DNA of 64,000 nt from contig NC_068994.1 in NCBI RefSeq assembly GCF_001194135.2, forward strand, positions 44,358,710 to 44,422,709, read 5' to 3'. The stretch comes from Octopus bimaculoides (Eukaryota). A program made the translations under genes and the position numbers. Of this stretch, positions 41,618 to 52,582 are shown piece after piece (position 1 is the first letter of the stretch; each line of letters starts with the position of its first letter). The notes under the pieces were generated by a model. That model was not told where the DNA came from, searched no databases, and worked only from the letters and a program-made list of their open reading frames with translations.

Positions 41618-42067
41618 GAGAGAAAGAAAATGGAATTCACAAGACTTTACTGTTCCCTACGACTGTTTTGGCCCATCATGCATTGGTACCTTGCAGTTGT
41701 GATGCTGTACAAACAGTTGTGGTGTATCATTGATGCAGATGTGTCTCGTCTGGTGACTAGTCAAAAGATGCCTCATTTTTTAATCTCTGTATTGCTTATT
41801 TTAATTAGAATATATTTTGGTAGTGGTAGTTCACTACACTTCTGCACAAGAAGCTACAACTACAAAAATGTATTCTAATCGAATTAAGTGAAACAGAGAT
41901 TAAAAAACGAGGCACCTTTTGACTAGCCACCTAACGAGATACATATGCACCTATGACACACCACAATTATTTGTACAGCATCTCACTTGTGGGGTCCTGG
42001 TGCACGACAGGTCAAAATAATCATAGTGAATAATAAAGAGTTTTGTGAATTCCAGTTTCTTTCTCTC
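41618..42067. mobile_element. Diverged fold-back element with ~180-bp inverted arms
   Basis: 41618-41798 (GAGAGAAAG...GATGCTGTACAAA...CTAGTCAAAAG...TTTTTTAATCTCTGT) matches the reverse complement of 41885-42067. Confidence 0.75.
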
Positions 42068-43651
42068 ATATTTTATAAATTCTATGGACATGAAGGAATT
42101 CCTGAAGTAAATTTAGTAGCATTTACACCTATGCTGTTGATGATATCAGGCAACTGAATACTGTCAATAGGCTTTAAACAGCATCCTACAAAATGTATAC
42201 CTGAATTTAAAATTATTACTTATATAGACATGAATATATTATGATGAAAAGACATCTACAAAACATCAAAATCAGATCACAATATGAATTATTAAGCATA
42301 ATCATAAAACTAACAGTAAGGATATATTACAAGAAAACCTGAATTAAAAACCTCTTATTCAACACAAAGCCATTTACTGTAAGCTGTAGAAAATACTTTG
42401 CGTGGCCAATGTGATACACAAATTTAAATGCAAACATGAAAATTGCAAAATTCAGTTCAAACTGTTGTAGTTCACACTCATATAGGACACTTCCTTGCCA
42501 GCTGGATATGTGTTTACAATAAAGAGCCATTGTAGTGCATTTTATAACACAGAATATGCAACAGTATTAAACAGAAAAACATTAGTTGACAATACACTCA
42601 TCTTATTTAGAATTCTACAAAAATTACAAGATATGTAATGGGAGCTTTATTAACAGCAAATACAACCCTATATTTAAAGTACAAAGTATTATTGTCATAA
42701 ACTAACAAATGTTAGTAATTGCTGAAAGTTACTTGGAGTTAAATGTAAAAATTTTTAATTGGGTGATGAGGATATTATTAGTAACAGGATCATTCTCAAC
42801 CAGAAACTCACAATGTAGTTACTCAACCTGCTAGAAATATAACTGGTATATTCTATGAAGTGTCCGGTGTCAGAAAAGGCATTCAGCCTTTGATACTATA
42901 TCAAGATGAAAATGCATGAGATATTTTCTGGTCATGCCTAGAAGGGCAGTAACTCCAAACAGAAACTCACTCAAACCAAGGAAACCTAACCAGTCTATGT
43001 CATATGTTTGTATGTACGAAGGCATGTATATGTATGCTAATATATACATTTACATATATATATATACATAAATACATATATATCACTTAATGAAGGGAAA
43101 AAAGAGTTGTGTAATGACTTTCATTAGCTTACAGCTGTTTCTACTCTGAGAAGTATGCAATTAAAGCTCAGTGCTCATGTATAATCTTATAGCTTCCTTG
43201 GAGTCATCTAAATGAAATGTGCTTATTGCAGAAAGCATTTAAATACATTGAATTCATTACATGTAAAACTAAATATAATATAAAACAGTTTGGTGGATTT
43301 GAGGATGAGACTACTATTCACACACACACACATGCACACACACTCATATATATAAAACAGGAACAAACATACTCATGTTTATGCATATACAGAGAGATAA
43401 ACACTAGCAGCCACATATATACATGCACATCTTTGTATATACACTCGTGTATAGGGAAATGCATATAAATCTATCTATCGATATATTTTTATTTATATAC
43501 ATATCTTTGGACCTACATGTATGTAGATATAGGGACATGCATGTGAATGTCTGTTTTTATATCTCTGTACCTGAGCATTTTTTTCTGTTTTAACTATATA
43601 TATATATATATTGTGGCAGCAAGATTTGGCTGGTATGCAGTCACTGGATGC

Positions 43652-43697
43652 CTGCCACTGAAGAAGTGCTGTACACTGAAATAACATGATCTGGCAG
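43652..43697 (+). ncRNA. Minimal type I hammerhead ribozyme motif, intact core
   Basis: CTGCCA-CTGAAGA-AGTG-CTGTA-CACT-GAAA-T-AACATG-AT-C-TGGCAG. Stem I is 6 bp (CTGCCA/TGGCAG), core CUGAAGA and GAAA, stem II 4 bp (AGTG/CACT), stem III AU/AU, AUC cleavage triplet. Confidence 0.75.
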
Positions 43698-44442
43698 TTC
43701 TGGCACCCATGCCATATGATTCTCATCTCCAACGATATTATGTCTTTGCTTTTGTGCACATGTGTCTATACGAAAGGATCTCTCAAGGCAAATACTACAG
43801 TAGTTGACATTCTGACAAGACATCCATTTTAAGTTGGATATAAAGATTGCCTATATATATCATCATCATCATCATCATTGTTTAACGTCCGCCTTCCATG
43901 CTAGCATGGGTTGGACGATTTGACTGAGGACTGGTGAAACCGGATGGCAACACCAGGCTCCAATCTAATTTGGCAGAGTTTCTACAGCTGGATGCCCTTC
44001 CTAACGCCAACCACTCAGAGAGTGTAGTGGGTATATATATATGTATGTATAATAGTCTCCGAGCAAGGATTTTTATCCCCAAATCCAATGCACCGTATTA
44101 TTTAATATTGGTTTCTACACATAATCAACTCGACGTATTTAAATGCTTTCTGCAATAAACTTAAATGGCTCCAAGAAAGGTATAAGATACTGCATGTCAT
44201 GTCTACTCACCACTGGGTACAAGTTTTCTTTTTTGGGTGAGAGTATAGCTAATAAAAGTTATTATGAAATTCCTTTTGTCTTTTATTAATCAATATTATA
44301 TAATGTACTAAAATTGATGGTTTACTCTAAAACATAAGTATACTAAAAATGACAATTTGTTATTAGTTTTGGTATGTCTAAGCAATATCATAAGATATAT
44401 ATACATACACATATACACGCACACATAATATATGTATGTACG

Positions 44443-44499
<57 letters not shown>

Positions 44500-44651
44500 A
44501 TGTATATATATAGTGAAATGTCTGCCATGTTTACAGGAGATGTGGTTTCAAGTCACACAGGCAGCTTTCAACTTTTTCTGTCCAAAGGATTTTTAACCTT
44601 ATATTTACTCACTATTATTTATAGTCTAGTCTTCTTTGAGATCCACCATTT

Positions 44652-44702
<51 letters not shown>

Positions 44703-45415
44703 CACATTTATATATTTATATTTTCACACTGCCTTTCACTCCCATTCATTTATACAGTTTTTGTTACTCAAACTTCTACCCTATCATCACTTCCTTAGAT
44801 CATGTTATTACCTTCTCTATTTATCTTTTTACTCAGCCTCTCCATTTAATTTAATGAGTTTAGATACCTATACATATTTATACCTTTATATATTTCAAAA
44901 AATTTTCCACCTTTACATTACTTTATCTAACATCATAAACCCATTCCTTCTTTCTTACCTACAAGATTTAGTCTATAACCTAACTGTGAGTCCAACAAAA
45001 TACTCATTCTATTTTGCATGATTCCACATGTAAAACAGAATATATATTTTGTTGCACTTACAGTTATTGGTATATATGAGTTGTTTATGTGTTTGCATGT
45101 GTTTGTGAGTGTTCATGTGTATATACATTTATATATATAGACATAAATGTCAAACGACAAGAATGAGTGCTCAACACTGCACTGGTGAATAAAATTTCTG
45201 TATTTGTGTATTAAGGCTATCATTGATTTTATGTTTGAAAAATATCTTAATATCTTAACAACTGTTCAGGCCAATCTGATGGAGGAATTGTATTCATCTC
45301 CATTTTGGATGGAAACATGTGATTGGCTTGAACAATTATTAGGATATTAAAATATTTTTTTTTAACGTGAAACCAATGGTAGCCTTAATACACAAATATA
45401 TGTGTATGTATGTGT

Positions 45416-45448
<33 letters not shown>

Positions 45449-45543
45449 CTATCTTATGAATGCTTTATGTAAATATTCAACTGTAAGAAAACCAAAATCT
45501 ATTGACCAATGAAAAATGCAACAATAATGAAATGTAGTTTTAC

Positions 45544-45549
45544 ACTTAC
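45544..45549 (-). other. 5' splice donor ending the protocadherin ectodomain exon
   Basis: Minus strand reads ATCCAG|GTAAGTGTA, a perfect consensus, at a codon boundary after TSIQ. Unspliced read-through stops 16 codons later (45499-45501). Confidence 0.85.
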
Positions 45550-47928
45550 CTGGATAGATGTCGGAAGGCTTCTAGATGTTGTTGAAGTAATCCATTCATT
45601 TTGTGGCTCTAATACAAAGTAGAACTGACTTGAAGATTTTATCAGTTGAGTATGTCTGTTTTTCTTTTCATGAGAGTTTCTCAGTAAGGTGGCAGGATTT
45701 TTACTGTGACTAATTAAATGACTTTTCTCAATTTTTGAGTGGATTGACGGGTTCACTTCAGCAGTTAACGAGCCATTTCGCATATTGTTATACCTCACAA
45801 CACACATTGTTATAGAAATCACAATAGCAACACATACTATTACAGTTACCACAACAATAATAATAACCATATTGACATCAATCATTTTGTTTGATTTCAT
45901 ACGCATTGTCTTTGTTGATATAGTTGTCTTGTTGCTGACAGCTAATGTCAAAGATATTGTAGTAGTTGCTGATAGAACTGGGGTACCACTGTCTTTGACA
46001 AGAAATTTCAGCTTATATGACCCTGCATCACTCTGGTAAACTGCACGAGAAAATGATAACACGCCAGTGTAAGGATCAATGGAAAACAACTGTTTGTCAT
46101 TGCCTCCAATAATTTCATATTGGAGAAAGGCATTTCTGGGACTGTCTCGGTCTGCAGCTTTCAGAACTGTGATGTCATTCTTAGTCTGTGGATAATAATA
46201 GACATCCAGACTGAAAGGGTTAACACTTGGGAAGGTGAAATATGGAGCATTGTCATTTTCATCCATAACCTCAACAATAACATTTCCAGTGTTATTCAAA
46301 GATGGTATCCCATTGTCTTTGACTAAAACCTGGAACTCATATATTTCTAGTTGTTCTCGATCCAGTGATTGTGTTGTTGAAATAAATCCATTGTCAGTAA
46401 TCTGAAAAGGAAGAACAGTTTTGATATTTTTCACTAGAGAGTAAGTTAGCTGACCTCCTGCCTTCAGATCAGGGTCAGTAGCATTAATAAATCCAACAGG
46501 AAAATTTGGTTCCTCATTTTCATAGGTAAGGAATTTGAATGTGTCCTTAGTAAATTGTGGACGCATATCATTCATATCCAATACTTGGATAGAAAAATTC
46601 CTTTCTGTCTTCAAGGAAGGTGAACCTTCATCTTGACATGATAAAGTGATCTCATAGTGATCTTCTGTTTCTCGATCAACAGCATCTTTTATTGTGATTT
46701 TATACCCTTCTAAATCTAAGCTTTCAAGCTTAAATTTTTCATGTGAAAGATCACATTTGACCTTTCCATTCTGTCCAAGGTCATTATCTGTAACTTTCAC
46801 ATAAGCAATGAAACTGCCTGTTTTAATTCCTTCGGAGATAGTAGCAGTGCTTTCAGACAAGGCTGAAACAAAATTTATATCAATCTTTGGTGCATTGTTC
46901 TGTTGATTGATGACATTTACATTGACAGCTGTAATACAGCTCAAAGGTGGAGAACCTCCATCTCTGGCTTCTATAAACAACTTATATATTTGTTTTTGTC
47001 CAAAAGGGAACTTTTTCTGTAGGAAAATTTCTCCAGTTTCTTCAGTCAACCTAAAGTGTTTTTTCACAAGATCTGATGTTTTGGAACTGAAATGGTATGA
47101 AACTTGGCCATTATTTCCAAAATCTAAGTCTTTGGCAGACAAAATTACAACTGGTGTGTCTTTTAGGTGTGTGTTTTTTATTGAAATATTATAATCTTTT
47201 TGAGCAAAAATTGGTGGGTTGTCATTAACATCAATAACAGATATTTCAACATCTAGAATACACTGCTTCGGTGGGTAGCCCCCGTCGTTGGCAAGTATTT
47301 GCAGCATATATTTATCTTTTACTTCTCGGTCTATCTTTTTTTCTAAAATTATTTTAAGTTTATCAGTCCCATCTACCCTTTTTGAAACAGACAATGTAAA
47401 CGGTTTGCCTGTATTATTCTTTAATTGATATGTAATGTGAGAGTTTCGAATACTAACATCTTTGTCTATGGCATTCGGAACTGATCGCCTGGTTCCTTTA
47501 CCATCGGTTTCATAGAATTCAAGTTTGAACTCTTTGGTTGGAAATTCTGGGAAGTGGTCATTGACATCTTCTACTATAACTTTAATCTTTAATATAATTA
47601 GAAAAATTGTATCCTGTTTTATAGCAACTTCAACCCATCTGCAACATTCTATATTATAAGTACAAAGAGCTTCAGCATCCAATATCTGTTCTGTAGTGAG
47701 TGTTCCTGATTTGGAAACATTGAATAATTGGCGACCATCTTGTGCTTTTATTAAACTGAATGTTATGGAGTCTTGGTTTTGGAGTGAAACATCCAATGAT
47801 GATACATCCTCAGCGATGTTCCCCACATACGTACCCGGACTTTTACCTTCCTGTACAGTATAGACAAGATGCACCACACACAAACAACAGTGAAGAAATG
47901 AGAGTAGTATGTACACTGGTACCAACAT
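45550..47928 (-). CDS. PCDH: Protocadherin, large ectodomain exon: signal peptide + EC1-EC6 + TM + proximal cytoplasmic region (793 codons, phase-0 donor; continues in unidentified downstream exon(s))
   Basis: ORF 45499-47955. First in-frame ATG at 47928 gives MLVPVYILLSFLHCCLC (signal peptide). Cadherin motifs DVNDHFP, IDRE/DGG/DVNDNPP, DRE/DMNDMRP, LDRE/DENDNAP, DRD/KDSG. EC1 has LC-x4-ECC, like protocadherin EC1. Hydrophobic helix VIIIVVVTVIVCVAIVISITMCVV at ~45796-45867. The frame runs into CAG|GTAAGT at 45552-45544. Confidence 0.96.
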
Positions 47929-47984
47929 ATCCCCACTGATAGCTGTTACAGTCACCAGATGTCTGATTTGAACATCAAATGTTT

Positions 47985-48000
47985 CTGAAAATAGACAGAA
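47985..48000 (-). other. 3' splice acceptor opening the protocadherin exon (exon starts at 47984; 56 nt of 5' UTR before the ATG)
   Basis: Minus strand reads TTCTGTCTATTTTCAG|AAACATTTG: polypyrimidine tract plus CAG just upstream of the ORF. Confidence 0.75.
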
Positions 48001-48589
48001 GATATATCAGTATCAGCAACATAAAACAGAAATACTATATTATTTAAACATCTAGAAGGTTATAGTTTGGAGTATAAAGTAATACTTCTACAATACCAGT
48101 ATTAGTAACTGTTTATATATCTTGTAGGACAAGAGACATATTTGATTATCTTTGACTTCTGGAAAATTCTATATGGAATAGATAATTATCTAAATAAAAA
48201 ACTTAAATTTTGTCTATATGCATAGAACTAGGATAGATCTGTTTTATATGTAAAAGAATTAGGATAGCCTTGTTTTATTACAAAACTAAATGAATGCAAT
48301 TAACTTTGGATATTTGCAGCACAATAGCATAGCTGTATTAGAAAAACAAACAAAAATTATGATTTATTTTTGTCCAAAAGATAGTTGATTCTGTCTCGCA
48401 TTTATAACATAGACAATATCATTACAGATTATCAAATATATAAGGACAGAATCATCTAGATTATTATGTGGAGTACATTATAAATATTTAGTTTACTTAC
48501 CATTGAAAATATACATACACATTATTTTTTTATTCACACATACATACATATATATATTAAGTATGTGTGTGTATATATATTCTTTAATT

Positions 48590-48960
48590 ATTTTGTTTCA
48601 GTTATTTGACTGTGGCCATGCTGGAGCCCTGCTTTTAGTTGAACAAATCGATCCCATGACTTATTCTTTGTAAGCTTAGTAATTATTCAATTGGTTTCTT
48701 TTGCTGAACCACTAAATCACAGGGACATAAAAATACCAGCATTGGTTGTCAAGCAATTTTGTGGGGACAAACACACACACACACACACACATATACGATG
48801 GGCTTCTTTCAGTTTCCATCTACCAAATCCACTCACAAGGCTTTGGTCAGCCCAAGTCTATAGTAGAAGACACTTGCCCAAAGTGCCACACAGTGGGACT
48901 GAACTCAGAACCATGTGGTTGGTAAGCAAGCTACTTACCACACAGCCACTCCTATGCCTG
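48590..48960 (-). mobile_element. CORE-type SINE copy 0.6 kb upstream of the protocadherin exon
   Basis: Reverse complement of the 7270-7712 family. Confidence 0.85.
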
Positions 48961-48989
48961 TGTGGTCCATGGGAAGAGCCATTCTAACA

Positions 48990-49205
48990 ATGCGTCCTGC
49001 CCTTACTCTTCAAAACGCTTAGTTTTAGAATGGTGGCAGCTGATGAAGGAAATGTTCTCTATGTGGCCTGTGTGTTTTCTGTACTCTGTTTATCATTTTG
49101 TCCACGTTTTTTTGCAACGTTCTGTACCCAGATATGCATCTATATATACATGTAGATGTAGGTATGTACATACATGTACATATACATGCATATACTCATA
49201 TATTA
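48990..49205 (+). repeat. Dispersed repeat; inverted copy at ~10640-10835
   Basis: AATGGTGGCAGCTGATGAAGGA(A/T)ATGTTCTCTATGTGGCCTG...TTTATCATTTTGTCCA...GTACCCAGATATG shared between the two loci. Confidence 0.75.
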
Positions 49206-50909
49206 TTTGCATTACATGATCGAACGCACGCGTCATCCTTGCAAGTAAGTTTTAACTTCATATTTCTGACGCGACTCTATCTATCTTTGTATCTTTCTCC
49301 CCCTCTCAGGATTCAAATACTACAATGTTTTTGATACTCAGTAAATTTCCTTCATCATAAATAATGTTAATGCCAAATTTTAACAAAACTGGTCCCTTAC
49401 TGTAACAAAATTGTAATAAAATTAGTCACCGGGTACCACTGAAGCCAAGCTGTAACAGTTTGATACAAAGTCCTGAGAAGGGCTTTAATATGTTCTCAGA
49501 TGGTGCAACAATCACAGCTGAAAAGGGCTTTTTTGTTGTTCTCACAGCAATAACAATTTGATAAGAAGCCCTGAGAAAGGTTGTAATGCATTTTCACATG
49601 GTGTAATAATTGTATGTAAAGTGGCCCTGAAAAGGGCCTTTTTTCATTTACACTGAAAGCAATGGAACTGTTGCTGTGAAATGTGAAGCTCTGTCAAAAC
49701 AGATCACAGACCTAGGTTGGACAAAGGAAAAGAAACATGGTTGAGCAAAGTTAATAACTTTGAAAGCATGACTACAGTAGCACTCACTTACCAGATATCA
49801 GGTCTGAAAGGTTGCACTGGTGTAGAGAAGGCACTGAGGTTCACGAATTTGAAAGCAGCTGGTGCATGAAGTACCTACAACACCTCTCTGTAGACCACAT
49901 TTTTTATTTTGCCATTAGGGGCAAGTACAAATAGTGTTTGTTTGCTTCCAACTCTGGAGCATCCGACATATAACTGGCCATGAGAGAAACATGGCTCGAC
50001 TTCCTTCTTTTGGTAGCCGAAGCAGACTCTGTTTTATGGCCAAGGCACATTCTTTTCTTAGGTGACATTGCGATAGTATTGCACTATGTTTAAATTGCAA
50101 GTTTTAAAAAACGGGCAAAAGGGGACACTGAAAAACAAATTTGGCATGATGCATAAAAAGGGAACCTATTAAACGTATTATTCAGAAAAGGTGGAAGCAG
50201 GGTCAGAGAGTTAGCTATGTGGACACAAAGACACTGAATACAGTATTTTTTAACGACACATAAGCTAAAAACTGGTAGGTGGCAACAGTATGAAGGAGTT
50301 AACTTAATTGAGTATGGGGACAGCATAAAATTTCAACAGGAAGTATGAAGTTAAAGCAATAGTGTATGTCAAATGGTAGGCCTAACCTGTAAGCCGAAGC
50401 ACATATCAGATATGCACAAAAGTGCATCAATAATTACGATTTGATACTGCATCGATCAGGTGAACAGTGTTCCACCAATAAAATTCAGTCAATGAATTAA
50501 TTGGACAGGCTCATTACAGTGGACAATCAATAGTATTCACATGCATAGGTCAAAGGTCATGTTCACAGTTCACCCCTTATTGGCAGACCATTGACATGTC
50601 ATTAAGAAAAATGGTGGTGAAAAGGGGGCATTATGAATGTCAGTGCTAATGGGGGGAGGGGGAAGTGAGTAAACACTGAGGATGTAGTAAAAGCAGTCAT
50701 TCACACCAAATAAGAGATTGAAGTGTGGGGNNNNNNNNNNGGGTATCACGGCTGTAGCCGATAATAGCAGGGGGTTAAGTAAACACTAATGTACACAGAT
50801 CAAATCAGCAAGGTAAAACTACCCAACAATCCTTGGCGCATGAGTAAACAGCAGAAGTTGTAAGCACAAAACCAAGTTTAATCCGGTAAACTGCAAAGTT
50901 AATACAAAT

Positions 50910-51523
50910 AAACTTGACAAAACATTAGTTTAAAACAGTCAGTTAGGCATGGGTAATATTTTGCCAAATTTGGAGTGAATCAGTTTTGGAACTGCGGAAG
51001 TTATTGGCAAAAAAATGAATTTTACGCAGTTATTCACAGACTTTTCCCATTCAACATGGATTGACTTGACAAAGACATAAGTTTAAAATAATTTTTAAAA
51101 TATGAGTAATGTTTGTGTCAATTTGGTTGGAGTGAATCGGTTGGAAACTCTGAAAGTTATTGACAAAAAAAACAATTTTTATTCAATTATTCGTGGATTT
51201 TCACAATTAACGCAGATGACCTTGACAAAAATTTTAAGCAAAACAATTCTTATGTCATGAGTAATGTTTATGTCAAATTTGGAGGAAATCGCTCGCAAAA
51301 CCAGGGAGTTATGGGCAAAAAAAAAACAGTTTTCTGAACAGTTATTCATGGTTTTTAGTTATACGTGGAGGGTCTGGAAAATATAAAGTAGATCGTGGCC
51401 ACTTTTGGAGCATAAGCTATCAGTGTATCAAGTTTGAGCAAAATCGGTTGAAAAATGTGGAAATGCATTATGAGTATACACACACACACACAAAAAGAAA
51501 TTTTCTGTTTTATATATATAGAT
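50910..51523 (-). mobile_element. Non-autonomous Helitron-like element with three ~155-bp internal tandem repeats
   Basis: Units begin CTTGACAAA at ~50913, 51065 and 51221. Plus strand ends AAGTTTGAGCAAAATCGG...(CA)n...TTTTATATATATAGAT, i.e. A^TCTATATATATAAAA on the minus strand (Helitron-type 5' TC). The 3' end was not located. Confidence 0.5.
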
Positions 51524-52255
51524 GTCCAAAGTTATATTTAATTTGCAATATATCATTACCTGGCCAAGACTTTGGAACATAGGTATGTATGTAAAGTAGA
51601 ATTGAGCCATTGGATCAGTTATTAGGTAAGTACATCTCTATGTTGTATATATTTGAATCAAATTGTACTTGGGCATAACAATTTTAATTTTTTTAATTAA
51701 AAAATGTTCCAAACTTTTGGCCATGACTGTATATATGTTTATATACATGTGTGTAGAGACATACAACAGAAGAGACTTGACTTAGAAGCATATATTTCTG
51801 CATGGACATGCATATGTAAATATGTGTGATCATAAACACATGTATGCAGAGACACATATTACATATATATATTTATCAAGGTATTTATAAGAGATATTTG
51901 TATAGGCATTTATGCTTCAAGATAAGTGTTTAAATACATGTATTAGATATATGCCTTAAATGTATGTGTTAAATGCATATGCACATACATATGGGTATAG
52001 ATTTCCCTCTCAAGGGATGAGTATTTAATCAAATATACACAATGAACAGTGGTTCTTGATCATTTTTAAATCTGTGATACACTGGATATCTTGTAAAAAA
52101 TTAATGACAAACTTCACATGGAGTAATAGAAATTACTAGTGCACTTTGCAAACTATGTAATAAAGTTATATTATATTTAGAAAGGAAAAATACTGAAAGC
52201 AACTGATTGCTTTTGTTGTATCTTGAGAGGGTCATAACACCAATAAGCACACACA

Positions 52256-52582
52256 CACTGGTTCTATTTCACTTCTTTTATTGTTATTGTTGTTGTTGTT
52301 GTTATTAGTCAACTAGTTATCCATTTAATCAATTACCTAATCGATTGATTGATTTGATTAATCCTTTAGTCAATCAATAAACTAGGTTCATCAGATTCCT
52401 TTCATTGCCATTGAAGATTTCATCAGAGACTTACCGTGAGGTCGCAAATGGCAACAAAAAGGACTCTGATGAACATAGCTGATTGATTGACCAAATGCTT
52501 AATTAAACGATTGATTAGTTCATTGGTTAAAATAGTTAACTAGTTGACTAATAATAATAACACAAATGAAATAGAACCAGTG
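52256..52582. mobile_element. Fold-back element with ~150-bp inverted arms
   Basis: CACTGGTTCTATTTCA...TATTAGTCAACTAGTTA...GTTCATCAGA...TGCCATT versus AATGGCA...TCTGATGAAC...TAACTAGTTGACTAATA...TGAAATAGAACCAGTG. Confidence 0.75.

Noticed and set aside
45785-47194. Plus-strand ORFs overlapping the protocadherin
   Set aside because: Antisense shadows of the real CDS.
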